Shown here: positions 46,467 through 59,600 of the stretch, one piece after another | Position numbering within the stretch: position 1 is the first letter of the stretch | How the letters are laid out: the number at the start of each line of letters is the position of its first letter | Source of the DNA: Cladosporium halotolerans | Taxonomy: Eukaryota | Direction: 5' to 3' | DNA length: 64,000 nt | Assembly (NCBI RefSeq): GCF_011745625.1 | Contig: NW_027191465.1 | Location: 186,001 to 250,000, forward strand | Translations under genes and position numbers: made by a program | Notes under the pieces: generated by a model | The model's input: the letters and a program-made list of their open reading frames with translations, nothing else | Database searches by the model: none | What the model was told of the DNA's origin: nothing

Positions 46467-48263
46467 TTATCTACGGCATCTGTTAGCTCATATCATTGAG
46501 AATTCGAGGTGACCCAACATACTGGTTCCAGCCAGCAGAGTAGCCCTGGCTTGTGAAATCATCAGGAAAGGCGTAAGGTGAAGCGAACGGGTCATTAGGC
46601 ACGCTGAGCGAGCCATCAGTCCACGATTGGGTTGCGAAAGTCATGTCTTGGTCGTTCAGAGTCTCAAGTTCAACGCCGTTGGCAGTCGGTGCCGAAGTTT
46701 GAACGCCTTGCTTGTACGCTGATTCTGCCCCAAAGTTGGTGTTGTCGAAGTCCATCTCCGGAAACAGCGAACGCATGATGTCGTCAGGGGGAGTCGCTGT
46801 GCCGGTGGACTGAGGTATTGACCTGGCGTTGGAGTCGAAAGGGAGGTCGGTGGTCGAGCGCGGCGGCGCAGAGGTGACCGGCTGCGACACAGGCATCTGC
46901 CAAGCGTTGCTGTCGAACATGGGAGACTGGGCCATCTCTGCAGTCTTCATCTTTCCATTCCCAGTGTTGTACGGGTTGGTGAATTGAGCAGCCCATTCGG
47001 TGTTGAGACCATTCGTGGAAAAGTCGGTGTTGCCAAAGAAGTTGGGAGGGAGACTGCGTCTGTTGACTTGGTTGGTCGTCTCAGGATTCATAACATTGAT
47101 GTTGCCGACATCTTCTTGAATGCTGGGCATGCCGGATCCGAAGACGTCTTCCATCACAGGGATCTCGTCCACTTCGGACTGCGTGCCGGACGAAGCGGCC
47201 GTCAAAGCAGGCTGAGTCAAACCAGACACATCGTTGGTCGTCGGCCAGACACCAAAAGGATTGTTGTTCGGCATGCCCTGAGAGTCGCTTGAAGGGAAAG
47301 CAGACCACGGCTCGAAGAAGTTGTTCTCGGCAACCTCTGCCATGGACTCCATAGGCTGCAACGCAGACTCGCTCGTGGCGGAGTGCATGGTATCGTTGGT
47401 CCTGACCGAATCGAGGCCCGCAAAATCGAGGGTCGCGAGTTGGCTGTCCGACATGCCCTGGAAGTTTCCGAAGAGGTTGGGCCTCATTCTTGGCGAGGTC
47501 TGCTCGGATTTGGACAGGCGCCTTGCTGTGTTGAACAGTGGCATCGGCGGCATCGCAGAGTTGCCGTTCAGGCCCTGCGTGTTGAGCGACAGGTTGTCCA
47601 TGGACCTCCGAGCGTTCTTCGAAATTCCGTGATCCTGCTTGTATCTGGACATGGGCATCTTGTATGGCATGCCGCACTCGTGAGCAGCGTGATTCTTGCG
47701 ATGAACAGGCTTGTGGTGGCCATTTGCGAATACTGTAATTGATCCTTCGGACTTGTGCGACTCAAGGCGTGGCTTGTGGACTGCAGGCTTGCCATGCGGC
47801 GGGCTTCCATCGTGGGCGTCTTCCTTCTTGACCAGAGCGCATGAGCACTTGCCTCCGTGCGGACAGCAGCAGCCTTGCATTTCGTTGATGGCGGCAAGGT
47901 GCACCGGGTCCTTCTCATCGTGGGAGTCGTCGAAAAATCCGCCGGCTTTGGCCTTCTCCTCGGCCTCACGAAGGTGTATGCACTTCTCCTTGGGGTGATG
48001 GGGTTTCTCGGCCTCGCCACAGTCACAGCGGACATGCGCGGACCTCTTCTTGCGCTCTTGTCGGCAGTGTTGGCATTGCGTGACGGGTCTGCCCTTCTTC
48101 GGGACGAGGATAAGCTCGCGGTCTAGACGAGCAGTGTCAGTGAGGTCGGCGCAAGGAGGACGATGATATGATGTTAATTACCTGTGTGTGTGCATCCGCT
48201 CACGCGGTGGCCCTTGAGGCATGATTGGCATGCCCATTTGGTGCCATCTGGACGGACGACCAT
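46467..48263 (-). CDS. Copper-fist DNA-binding transcription factor (Ace1/Haa1/Cuf1-like)
   Basis: KWACQSCLKGHRVSGCTHT|DREL..KKGRPVTQCQHCR..R..H.RCDC, then CCCPHGGKCSC. Introns about 48123-48181 and 46471-46522. Confidence 0.92.
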
Positions 48264-48868
48264 ACCTGGGTGGCGGAGGAGCTTGGAAGGCCGCTTGGTT
48301 GCGGGATTTGCGCGATTTGCGGGCAAGAGCCGAAGCAGGGTAGGTGACGACGCGGCGGCGGCTAGTCCAGGGAAGTGAAGATATAAAACAAGGGGTTTGT
48401 TGGTGCTAGAGAAAAGGTGTCGTCTCAATCATAAGGTGAATCGAAAGCGGGTATCTTTGGTGGAGGTGGTGCTGGTGCTTCTACGGGCAATGGCCGATGC
48501 AGGAAGGCCGTTGGGGAGCGCGGAGGCTTGGAGGCAAGACGAGAGCGGAGAGTACCTAGTCGTAGCGATGAAGGCGGAGAGCGGATGGCGAGACGAAGAG
48601 AGGAGAGCGCAAGGCCTGACACACCACCAGGATGGCGGTGGCCGTAGATGGCCGCGAGAGCAGACGGCTAGTCAACCAAAATGCAACAGCCCCTCGTGCA
48701 GAGGATGTGAGTGTAGGAAGAAGAGAGACGGGCGGGCGTCGGCTGGGTGGGCGTGTGCGCGGGTGCGGGTGCTGGCTTGCTGCGCCGGCCTCCACCGAGT
48801 GCGCGCACTAGACTACCTGAGGTACCGACTACCTCGCGAGTGCCCGCGCGGCGTGCTTTGGCTCTGTG

Positions 48869-48917
48869 GCTCTGCCTCTCTGCCTCTCTGCCTCTGCCTA
48901 TGCCTCTGCCTCTCTGC
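48869..48917. repeat. Imperfect (CTCTGC)n microsatellite
   Basis: ctctgcctctctgcctctctgcctctgcctatgcctctgcctctctgc. Confidence 0.75.
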
Positions 48918-49634
48918 GCACCTCTGGTCCTGCCCTCCCGTTGCCGCACGCACGAGCGACGGGAGCGGGCCAGCTCGGGGCCTCCACAGCCCACACTGCG
49001 ACTTTTGCGTGTGCCTGCAGGCTCTGTCATGCCTTTAGTCTGCCTCCCGCCCTGCCCTCATCATTCCCGCAGCCCTCCCCGTGACCCTGACGGCTAGCTA
49101 CGACCCCAACTCCGGCAGTAGGTACAGTGGTCCATGTCCGCGACTCGCTCGGCGCTCGCCCTCGTCACCTTCCTTCGTTGCTCTTCCCCATCATCATCAT
49201 CGCATCAGGCGGCCCGTCAAGCGTCAAGCGGCTAGGCTGTCTCCTCCGGACTCCGTCGTCACCGCTCGACGCGCTTCCCGTCCTCCTACGAAACCAACTC
49301 GCACTCTAATCCAATTGCCGTCCACGCGCCCTGACCGCGAAACTCTGCCCGCCAAAAAAAAGCTTACTCTACCCTCCTGCGCAGGGTGTGTGCGCGCAAT
49401 CTCGGTCTTTCTCCCCACTCCCTTGCCGCCCTCCGTGCTGCGTCCTGCCTCCTGCACGGCTCGAGCGCGAAGGCCACCTCGCCGGGCGAGCGCTGCAACG
49501 CTGCAGCACAGCCACCACGCGCGGGGGAGGGTTGCTTCTGCTAGTTATCCCACGCTGGAGCTGCAGTAGTCCTGCGAGCGCATCGCTTGGGGGTTCGGGT
49601 CGTGTCATTCTGAACTCTCAAGCTGCTAGCGCTC

Positions 49635-49658
49635 CTGTCTGTCTGTCTGTCTGTCTGT
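49635..49658. repeat. (CTGT)n microsatellite
   Basis: ctgtctgtctgtctgtctgtctgt. Confidence 0.85.
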
Positions 49659-50844
49659 CCGTTCGTCGCGAAGGTCGCGAGGGGCATTTGTGCCGATCCG
49701 CTGTGCTGTGCGCGTTTCGGTCGTCGACGCAGCCGGCCGTCTGCCCGGCGGTGGCTTTTTTGCTGACCGTTCGTACGACCGTAAAAGCCTCACTTACGTG
49801 TCCCATGCGCCCGGGACAGCGTGCAGCCTGGTATTTGGTACCTTTGATATTCCCGACACTCTAGTTTCGCCAGTCGAATTGCAAATTGCGTCTTGACCGC
49901 TCCCCTTGCTGCCAGCCGATGTCGTCAACAATTACTGCAATGACCAGAGCCAGCTGGTATCGATCATACCGCGGCCTGTATTGATCGTCTCGCGCGATTC
50001 TCGGAAAAGAATTTTGATTAGTCAAGACAGAAGAGATCAAGTTAACGCGAAAGAATGCGCGACGCGACTGAATGAGTCTGTAGCATCACAGTTTCTCCGG
50101 CCTACATTTCAGGTCAAGTACTCATAGGAGATGGTAGCACCTCGATCAGATGATTGCATTGTTGGAAGGCTCCTTCTATGCCTGCAACAGCATCTCTAGA
50201 ACTCTCACAGAAAATGCCACGCTACCATGACCTCCAGACCACCCCCTCAGCCACTCCTTCCAGCACCCCGCGCTGAACACCTTCTCTTCTCGAACCCATT
50301 CAACGACACAGCCTTGTCGCTGCCGGAGCCCAGGAGAAGCAGAGCACAAGACCGCAAATGTCAAGGGAATTCCCGCAGAGGGACGCATCGATCAATTCCA
50401 TACCACTTCGTCCGACTGTTGGCAACGCACGCAACGTGATCATACCCTTTTGGTACGTTTGCGCGGAAACCCTCTTTGCGATGCCCGATGGAGTTGATGA
50501 TAGTCACTGCCATTAAGGCTGGCGTCTTTGATCGGGCGGGAACGTAGTCGTTGTGAGGCAGGAGCATGCAGATGTGGAAGTGCTGATGTGTAGATGATCA
50601 GCTTGCGAGCTTGTTGAGGGATTTCTGTTCAAGGACTACTCGTCTTGGAGCTGTTCTTTCATGGTCAAATCTTGATTGATCGTGACAAGCATTGCGAGAA
50701 TACTAAGTAGAGCTCTGGTATTGTCTGCGACGATTCAATGGAGCCAGAAACACCGCGAGTTGCATTTGATGATCGAGCAGCTTAAATACATAGCTATATA
50801 TTTTTTTTGAGTCCTCAAAATATATCAAAATTCCTTGACAAAAC

Positions 50845-50919
50845 GGTCGATTAGCTCAGTTGGTTTAGAGCGTGGTGCTAATAACGCCAAGGTCGCGAGT
50901 TCGACCCTCGTATTGACCA
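50845..50919 (+). tRNA. tRNA-Ile (anticodon AAU), intronless
   Basis: Acceptor stem GGTCGAT/ATTGACC plus discriminator A. D-arm AGCTCAGTTGGTTTAGAGC. Anticodon arm TGGTG-CTAATAA-CGCCA. T-loop TTCGACC. Downstream T-runs act as a Pol III terminator. Confidence 0.96.
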
Positions 50920-51311
50920 TCTCTTTTGCTTTTGCCATGATCTTGCTCAACATCTTTTGCCCTTAGATCATCTGAGTGCACGTCAAGCCTACTGTTTCCA
51001 TGGTAGCCAAGATGGATGCAAAACACCTACATGCAGAATAGACTTTTCGCAGCGCTTCCTTGTCACGCCATCCACCAGAGCTCTCGGCTCGCCTGCAGCG
51101 TAAGCGGGAGGACCACATCACGTTAACATTGGTAAGCAGAAGCATCTATGAACGTGTTCCTGGTCGTACATGTGATACGGAATTCATTGTCTCCTCTAAC
51201 ACGATGGGATACTAAGGTCCAGCACCGTCCAACCCCTTAATGCTCTAGAGAAATAATCAGCCCGGTCTCGTCAACTCCGCCGAATCTAGCATCCGAAACC
51301 TGTAATCCACC

Positions 51312-53141
51312 ATGGCGTTCTACCAAGACCTAGCCTGGCACGAAGGCGAGCTCGCCATGGCGAAAGCGATGAATGTCCCTCCCATGGACAACCCGACCGT
51401 CCCCACGCTTTCCCCCCAATTGGCAAACCACTCGCAAATAGCCCCCTTGATCGCCATCGGCACGCTGGACAAGCAAGGCCGCCCGTGGACGACGCTCTGG
51501 GGTGGCGAGAAGGGCATCTCGCAGCCTATTGCGCAGGGCGTCATTGGCATTCGGACGCCGGTTGTGGGCAAGCATGATCCTGTTGTTGAGGAGCTGGTGG
51601 GGAGTAAGGCTGATGGTGCGGTTGTGCGAGAGGAGGGCGTGGGGAGGATGGTGAGTGGGTTGACGATTGATCTTGAGACGAGGAAGCGGGTCAAGATGTT
51701 TGCACGCATGGTCGCGGGCGCTCTGAGCTTGAGGGAGGATGAGGCGACGGATGCCAGGCAGCATTTTGCGGAGGTCCAACTGGTCTTGAAGGTCGAGCAA
51801 AGCATGGGCAATTGTCCGAAGTATCTCAACAAGAAGCGGATCGAACTTGCTGAGTCGGATCCGAAGCTGGTGTCGGATTTGCCGCAACTTCCACAACGTG
51901 CTATCGATCTGTTGGCAAAAGCGGACATGTTCTTCCTATCGAGTGCGAACCACGTCTCGGATATGGACACCAACCACCGCGGGGGACCTCCAGGCTTCGT
52001 TCGAGTTGTCTCAAACGAACCCTCTGGCGCCATACTTTGCTACCCAGAATACTCCGGCAACCGCCTCTACCAAACCCTCGGAAACCTCAAGGTCAACCCC
52101 TTACTCGGAATATGCGTACCAGACTACGAGACGGGCGACATGCTCTACCTCACCGGCACAACCGACATCCTCGTCGGCCCAGCCGCCGCCTCCCTCCTCC
52201 CGCGCTCCAACCTCGCCGTCAAAATAACCACAACCGCCGCCCGCTTCGTGGCCACCGCCCTCCCCTTCCGCGGCATCCCGGGCGAACTCTCCCCCTACAA
52301 CCCCGTCGTCCGCCGCCTCGCAACCGAAAAATCCCCCGCAACTGACCCCGCCTCCACCCACCCCGCCAACACCGCCAAACTGCTCCGCCAAACGCCCCTA
52401 ACCCCCACCATCTCCCGCTTCACCTTCGCCCTCTCCAACCCCGCCACCCACAAAGCAGGCCAGTACGTGACGCTCGACTTCAGCCCCGTCCTCGACATCG
52501 GCTACTCGCACATGCGCGACGACGACCCGCGCAGCCTCAACGACGACTTCGTCCGCACCTTCACCGTGTCCTCGCCGCCCGGCGCGCCGCCCAACCCGGT
52601 CCGCAGGCTGCGCGACGACGAGTTCGAGATCACGGCGCGGCGCGTCGGGGCCGTGACGGGCGAGCTGTTCCGGCACCGGGGCAGCGAGCTGGGCGATCGC
52701 GTGGATTTGGAGGTGGGCGTGAAGGGGTTCGGGGGCGAGTTTGAGGTCTTGCAGGGGGAGGGGGAGACGGTGGCGTTTGTGGCGGCGGGCGTGGGTGTGA
52801 CGCCGCTGCTGCCGAGTTTGGGGGGGTTGGATTTGGGGCGGTTGAGGTTGCTGTGGACGGTGAGGAGGGGGGATTTGAAGTTGGTGGAGGGGGTGTTGGG
52901 GGAGTATCCTGGGCTGGCGCGAGGTGTGGTGCTTTATGTGACGGATTTGGGAGAGGAGGAGGGGGTGGGGGTGGAGGGGTTGGGAGGTGTCGAGCTGCGG
53001 CGGCGGAGGATGAAGAGTGAAGATGTTGGGCTTGGGGGTACGGTGGAAAGGTACTATCTTTGTACTGGGACGCCGTTCCGGAAGCAACTGATGGGGTGGC
53101 TGGATGGGAAAGAGCTGATTTTTGAGGATTTCAACTTTTGA
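51312..53141 (+). CDS. Pyridoxamine 5'-phosphate oxidase-like domains fused to an FNR-type FAD/NAD(P)-binding domain
   Basis: WHEGE, GRPWTTLW, GNCPKY, DTNHRGGPPGFV, PEYSGNRLYQTLGNL, GQYV.LDF, RTFTVSS, FVAAGVGVTP, terminal EDFNF. Confidence 0.88.
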   Translation: MAFYQDLAWHEGELAMAKAMNVPPMDNPTVPTLSPQLANHSQIAPLIAIGTLDKQGRPWTTLWGGEKGISQPIAQGVIGIRTPVVGKHDPVVEELVGSKADGAVVREEGVGRMVSGLTIDLETRKRVKMFARMVAGALSLREDEATDARQHFAEVQLVLKVEQSMGNCPKYLNKKRIELAESDPKLVSDLPQLPQRAIDLLAKADMFFLSSANHVSDMDTNHRGGPPGFVRVVSNEPSGAILCYPEYSGNRLYQTLGNLKVNPLLGICVPDYETGDMLYLTGTTDILVGPAAASLLPRSNLAVKITTTAARFVATALPFRGIPGELSPYNPVVRRLATEKSPATDPASTHPANTAKLLRQTPLTPTISRFTFALSNPATHKAGQYVTLDFSPVLDIGYSHMRDDDPRSLNDDFVRTFTVSSPPGAPPNPVRRLRDDEFEITARRVGAVTGELFRHRGSELGDRVDLEVGVKGFGGEFEVLQGEGETVAFVAAGVGVTPLLPSLGGLDLGRLRLLWTVRRGDLKLVEGVLGEYPGLARGVVLYVTDLGEEEGVGVEGLGGVELRRRRMKSEDVGLGGTVERYYLCTGTPFRKQLMGWLDGKELIFEDFNF

Positions 53142-53817
53142 TTTGCGAGTTATTATACCAATATCTGACGAAAATAATGAGAGCTATGGTACGTATGATC
53201 TTCCGCAGTATTTTCGATCAACCTTTCGACTTCTGTGTGAAATAACCAACTACCCCCTGCTGCTGCCTACGTTGATCATGTTCCGATCGAAGCAAACAAC
53301 TGGACGACACTACCATCGAGGATACAAAGCGTAATTACCAAGAGTCTGACGTTTTTATGCAGGAAAAGTATTTAAAGAATGCAGCAAAGTAGATTCTGTC
53401 CGTCATAAGGTACACCCAGGCAAATCGGGGATTCCTATCTCTCAATAACACCAACCCTAACCCTACCTACCCAAAGTTACCGGCGGACAGCCTCATCACC
53501 CCAACAAGAACTGAGCAACGAACCGCCACACCGTGAGTTCTGAGATCGTCGACGACCAGAGCGCCGGAGAGATGAAGATCGCAGACCGGGCATCAGGTCA
53601 CGTGAATAGCGGAGTCACATCACAACGTAGTCCGCAGCTAGCGGCGGGTAAAGCCGAGCCAATAAAAAAACGCGGAGTCTCCGAACGGGCACAGGGACAG
53701 CACGGATTACGATATCGGCTACATAGAGGGTATATGTACAGGAACCGTCAGACTACTGCTACGATCCATACATTTGTCTCTGCCTGTGCACACCTCTAAC
53801 CACAGGAACAACACTGA

Positions 53818-56055
53818 TTAGAACTCAATCAGACTCTCCTCCTTCGGCGCGCTAGGAGCATGCTGCGGCGCGGTAGGGAAGCTTTCCTGCCCGTATCCCG
53901 CGCCTGCTGCGGGAGCCTGCGGCCATTGTTGCTGGGCGGGCGGCGGCTGCTGCTGCTGCTGGCCGAGCTGGGGGTATGGCGCTTGGTGAGGCTGTGGCTG
54001 GGGTTGCTGGTAGTATTGGTGTGAGGGCTGGCCGTGTGGTTGAGGATGTTGCTGCTGAGGAGTCTCCTGAGCGGGGTAAGGCGTTGATTGCTGCTGATAT
54101 TGCTGCTGTGGTGGCTGTTGAGCGTAGAGCTCGGGACTCGACGCTTGAGGGATTGAGGGCTGTTGCTGTTGCTTTTGGTCTGCGTAGTAGAAGGATGCTG
54201 CGGGGTCGGACGGCGGGGGCGAGGATATCGCTGGGTTTGAGTTCTGGGAGGTGTGCGATGGAGCGTACTGGGAAGAGGGCTGAGAGTAATGGTGTGAAGA
54301 CTGGCGACGCTGGGGTGGCATTTGAGACGGATGCTGTGTCTGCTGTGCTTCAGGAGGTTGTTGTTGATATTGCTGCTGCTGCGGAGGAGCATGACCTTGT
54401 GGCGGGTAAGGCTGGGATGGATTCTGGGGATAGGGTGTTTCCGGTGGCTGTTGGCTGTAGACCTGCGACATTCTGTTCATGTCGGGATAGGCTTCTGGAT
54501 ACGGGGCTTGGCCAGGTTGAGGTTGCGAGTATCCGGCAAAGCCACTCTGTTGTGGAGGAGGTCCGCCATAGCTGTCGAATTGCGGCGCATTACCAGAGTA
54601 ATAGCTTTCCATGCCACCTTGAGAGCTCATTGGCGCAGCTGAGATGTTGGGATACATGCTTGATCGATTAGGAGCACCGAATCGGCCAGCGTGGTAGGTG
54701 CTGTTCAGTCTCTCTTCTAGCATGCGGTCGTAGTAGCGCACAACAGTCGAAAGCTTAGAGTGTAGGTCCAAAAGGGTATCATGCTTGCTCATGGTCTCGC
54801 CATAGGTGCGCGCAAGCTTCGGTCTGAGCGCACCAATGCTCTCGTATAGCTCCTGGATCTGCGGTTCACGCAAGATGGTACCCGGCGGCTGATGTTGGAG
54901 CCTGTCAACCAGGGTAGAGAACAGATTGATGTTCTCCATCTCCACCAAAGTCAACTCATGCTGGCTGTTCGGCTTGAATTGTACTGGTGCTGCACTCGAC
55001 GACGTTTGCTCCTTCAGCTGCTTCGCATGTGCCTTCTTTTGCTCTTCCATGTCCTGCATGCTTGCTGCGATGGCCGCTTTGAGGTCTGCATCCTCCTCCT
55101 CTTCATTCTGCGGCCCCTTCTGGCTCGTCCCATTAGTCTGCGGCTTTGACTGTGTCGGCACCGGAGGCTGTTGTGGCACGTAGCCCGCTCCAGCGTGTCC
55201 CCTTGATTCCTCCAGACTCATCTCCAACGCGCGCTTCAGGTCTGCATCAAAGCCGTCATCCACTCTTGCTCCACGAGGCTGCATCCTCTCGCCGCTGACA
55301 TTGGAGCCTTGCCACAATGTTTTCTCTGTCGAGCCTGGACTTTGAGGTCCGGGCGTACCGCGGGACTTGTCGCTCAGCTTTGCGTAGCATCCATCATCAA
55401 CCCTCACGGGCTGCATAATACCCAAATGCGGTAGAGGAAGGCTCTTAGAACTGCAAGCTCCACAGAAGACATTTCCACAGTTCCTGCAGTGGTGTTTGCG
55501 ATTCGTGAACGTGAACTTCTCGCGACATCGCATGCAGACGTCGGAGTCGGTCCACTCTGGCGGCGCAGAGCTGTCGAACATGCTGCTGGCGACCTCCTGC
55601 CGAGGTGGAAAGTCAAAGCCTTCGTGTTGCAGCGTCCGGTAGCACTCCGTCAAGTAGTTGAGGCTGTCCTTTCCTGAAGCGCCAGAAGCCCAGTTCTGAA
55701 TGAGCTCGAGAATCTTACGTCTCACGTCTCCGTTCAGTTCCGGGCCGCCGTAGGCCTTCAGCAAGCTGACCAGATTATCCATAAACTCCCTACTGGCGAT
55801 CTCTTGCATGAAATGGCTGCCTCCATTCTTGGCGCATGTGTCGGTAAGATTGAGTGCGGCGAGTTGGACGTTCGGATTCCTGTTGCCTATCCGCCGCTTG
55901 AGACTACGCATAGCCTCCTTAGGCTGCACTGTCTTACTCCGGATGATGTCGCTGATCTCCAGATTCAAGGCGATATCCTCCAGCGAGCTAGCCGTCGCAC
56001 GCTCGATCTGAGCATCCAGCTCAGTGTTGCTGGAGCCGCCGAACCAGGACGCCAT
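53818..56055 (-). CDS. VPS27: ESCRT-0 subunit Vps27 (VHS-FYVE-UIM-UIM-GAT)
   Basis: VHS ([18 protein letters not shown]), FYVE ([19 protein letters not shown]), two UIMs ([18 protein letters not shown]), C-terminal clathrin-box-like LIEF. Confidence 0.96.
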   Translation of the reverse strand: MASWFGGSSNTELDAQIERATASSLEDIALNLEISDIIRSKTVQPKEAMRSLKRRIGNRNPNVQLAALNLTDTCAKNGGSHFMQEIASREFMDNLVSLLKAYGGPELNGDVRRKILELIQNWASGASGKDSLNYLTECYRTLQHEGFDFPPRQEVASSMFDSSAPPEWTDSDVCMRCREKFTFTNRKHHCRNCGNVFCGACSSKSLPLPHLGIMQPVRVDDGCYAKLSDKSRGTPGPQSPGSTEKTLWQGSNVSGERMQPRGARVDDGFDADLKRALEMSLEESRGHAGAGYVPQQPPVPTQSKPQTNGTSQKGPQNEEEEDADLKAAIAASMQDMEEQKKAHAKQLKEQTSSSAAPVQFKPNSQHELTLVEMENINLFSTLVDRLQHQPPGTILREPQIQELYESIGALRPKLARTYGETMSKHDTLLDLHSKLSTVVRYYDRMLEERLNSTYHAGRFGAPNRSSMYPNISAAPMSSQGGMESYYSGNAPQFDSYGGPPPQQSGFAGYSQPQPGQAPYPEAYPDMNRMSQVYSQQPPETPYPQNPSQPYPPQGHAPPQQQQYQQQPPEAQQTQHPSQMPPQRRQSSHHYSQPSSQYAPSHTSQNSNPAISSPPPSDPAASFYYADQKQQQQPSIPQASSPELYAQQPPQQQYQQQSTPYPAQETPQQQHPQPHGQPSHQYYQQPQPQPHQAPYPQLGQQQQQPPPAQQQWPQAPAAGAGYGQESFPTAPQHAPSAPKEESLIEF

Positions 56056-56630
56056 GTTGATCTGTTTGGGACCTCGTCCCGCTGGTGATGACTGCGCTGG
56101 CACCGGTGATGCAGATGGTCTGTGTATGAAGAGCGTGCGCAGAACCTGACACGCAATGCTTGTGACGAGATGGTCAGCAAAAGGCAGAGTCGGAGTGTGC
56201 GCAGCTGCAGCTGTCGACGTGCTGAGGATCGGGCTCTGGTGGTGTGCTGATCGCACGCCAACAAGCCGAAGCCACCGCCACAGCTTGCTGCGTCACTGCG
56301 TCTCCATGTCTGGGGAAGGCCAGACGAGGGTTCAACTACCGCTTCACTCTTTGGTACGCTTGCTCTCCGCGACGTTCACAATAACTTATTTGCTCCTCTG
56401 CCCACCACCTTCCCATCCTCCCACCGATCCTCCTCACGAATTCACGATACACACGACCTTCCGCTCGCACTCGCACGACATCCACCTCTTGGCATCGCAC
56501 CCCGCCCACGTCATCCAAGTGACTCCAGAATCGCATCCGCGTGATTGTCGATTGCGCTCACACCTCACATTGCCGAGCAACCACCGCCACCGCGCGATGC
56601 GAACCGAGTGGTGGCTGTAAAATACACATA

Positions 56631-59600
56631 ATGAGCGCCGCGGCGTCTCTGCCGAGCCCGCCGTCCGCGCCCCCCGGCCACAGTAATGGCTCGCGGATGC
56701 CCACTTTCAACAACGGCACCGAAGTGCCATACGAGCACATCCAGGACCTTCAAGCGAGGGCCCAAGACGGATACAATGCAAACGATCCGCCTGCGAAGCT
56801 CCTTAGCACCGCCGCTCAGTCTTTGCAGCAGGCCAAATCCCTCTTAGATTCTCGACGGCCTGACCTTGCATTTGTCGAGTACCTGCGCGCCTATGAGATC
56901 GCGATCGACGTTATCCCACGAAATGGCAAGGGTTTGGACATGGATTTGGACCAAGGATGGGACAGACAGTACAAATACGTCAAGAGCACGTTGGTGCAAT
57001 GGAACGAGCAGTACATGGGCATCAAAAGCATAATCGAGAACAACAACAAGAGGAGCGGGGTATTACCAAAGTACTACCAGATTAAGACGCAACATACCCG
57101 CTCACAATCAGAGAGTCAACGAGAGTATGCGACAAAAGCACCATATCCGCAGTCGAACGCCGAATACAGGTCTGGCAATGGACAGGGCGCACGTAAAGTG
57201 AAGCCTTCAGTCTCGCCCAAACCGGACTCTCTACATGGAAGAGCATTGTCACTTGGAGGCGCCGCCTTGAACGGATCTCAACGAAGCGGACCTAGCGAAG
57301 CTCTTAATGATCGGTTTGCTCGCCTGCGGATGCCGTCCAGTTCTGCCGAGCCGGGGAGGCCAGACTCACGAGGATCGAATTCGTCTGTGCACAGCTCGCC
57401 CATTCAGATGCCTTCAGCGATTGACTGGAACGGACGCAACTCTTTTGAAGCACCTGTCAAGTCGATCGGCAGCAATGGCAGACCTTTAGGCCCGCGCGGA
57501 ATGCCCAACGGCGGGCCCATGCCGCCAGCCAAGCTGCCATTGGATACTAGCTTTGCTGCAGCGATGCCAAAAGCTCCGAGTCCAACATACAGCCCTGCGC
57601 GGAACATGCATACAACTGGCAATGTTGCACCACCGAGACATAGCGCTCGAAGTCTAGCATCCAGCGAATATCGAAAATCGTCAGTGGCTTCATCTTCGGC
57701 ATCGATGCGGGCACCAAATGGAGCACAAGACAGTGGCGACTACTTTCCCCAGACTGGATCTGAGGATAACATGACAAGCTCGACATCGTCTGTGAAGCCA
57801 CATCACACCACGGAGACTAGAGTCAGCACGGAACGGCTTTTCGATTATCTCCCTCGATTTTCTGTTCTACTCATCGATGTCAGACCTCGAGCAGACTTTG
57901 ATCAAGGCCACATCTACTCCCAAAATGTCATGTGCATCGAGCCTATGAGCCTGCAAGCAGACATGAGCGCAGAGCAATTGCTTGATTCTCTAGTATTATC
58001 GCCCGAGTTTGAGCAGGAACTGTTCGACAACCGCCATCTGTTTGATCTTGTCGTCTACTACGATGCTAAAACGAAATCTGATGCGTACCTGGCCAGTCCG
58101 AGAAGCGAGCGCGAATTGAAGCTGAAGTACCTACACGAGTCACTTCATGACTTCAATCAGGAGAAACCACTTAGACAGCCGCCAATGCTCTTGGTTGGTG
58201 GCATTGAGGCGTGGATTGATCTCGTCGGACAGCAAGCTTTGGCGACCTCCAGCACGCTTTCACGAGCAAAAGCTGGCCGACCAATTTCCCGTCGACCTAT
58301 GGCAACTGCCGGTATGGGCAGCCAGCTTCGTCTACCAAAGCGAAGAGTACAGGATTTTGCTCCGCTTGGCCAAGACGAAGAACGAGCCTGGCTGGCGCGA
58401 GCAAGGCAGGAAAGCGTCTCGGCACCCCAACAACCTGTCACCGAGGAATATGAAGAAGAAGGCGAAGAAGGCGATGAAGAGCGTGAAAGACTGAGCAGAG
58501 CTGCTATTGACGAGTTTAATCAGCGCTATCCGGACGCAAGTGCCATTGATACTCAGCCGGGTTTCATGAGCTCTCAGATGCCGACGAGGAAGGCTCCTGC
58601 TCCCCCAGCGAAGATTCCTGAGTATCCTGCCGCACCATCTCCGTCCCAATATCCTCAAGCTCCGACAAGACCAGCTCCAGCGGCACCCCGGATGAGCTAC
58701 ACTGGTGTCAGTGACAAAGCCGCGTCGCAGAGCACCTTTGCAGGGAGGTCCGATGGTCTCATGCCATACGTGCCGCCTAAGCTCCGCTCTTCGACCATGA
58801 CTTTGCCCAAGACGGGTCTGATCAACTTTGGCGTCACTTGTTACATGAACTCTACCATACAGGCATTATCAGCTACGACACCAATGACTATGTTGTTCCT
58901 GAGCGACGAATTCAAGCGGGCCGTCCAGCGAAATTGGAAAGGCAGTAAGGGCGTCATGCCCGAGCTGTACAGCAACCTGATCAGAAGCTTATGGAAGGGC
59001 GACGTCTCCAGCATCAAACCAACGACCTTCAGGACGTTCTGCGGCCGTCTCAACAGCGATTGGAAGAACGACGTCCAGCAAGATGCAAAGCAATTCCTCG
59101 AATTCATGATCGAAACCCTCCACGAAGATCTCAACGCCAACTGGGACCGCACGATCCTCCAAAACCTCACCCCCCAACAAGAAACCTTCCGCGAGAACCT
59201 CCCCAAATACCTCGCCTCCAAGCGCGAATGGCAACGCCACCGCCACCGCGAACACTCCCCCATCTACGACCTCTTCGGCGGCCAGACCATGTCCCGCCTG
59301 CGCTGCCGCTCCTGCTCCTTCGTCAGCACGACCTGGGAATTCTTCTCCAGCATCAGCGTCGAGATCCCGCACGCCGCGCCCGCCGCCACCCTTGACCAGT
59401 GCCTCGCGCAGTTCTGCCGCGACGAGCCCCTCGGCGGCGAAGAGCGCTGGATCTGCCCGCGCTGCAAAGTCCACCGCGAAGCCACCAAGCAAATCACCTT
59501 CACCCGCCTCCCGCAGTACCTCGTCGTGCACCTCAAGCGCTTCCGCAACGACGACTACGGCCGCGCGGCCCGCAAGCTGCACACCGTCATCGACTTCCCG

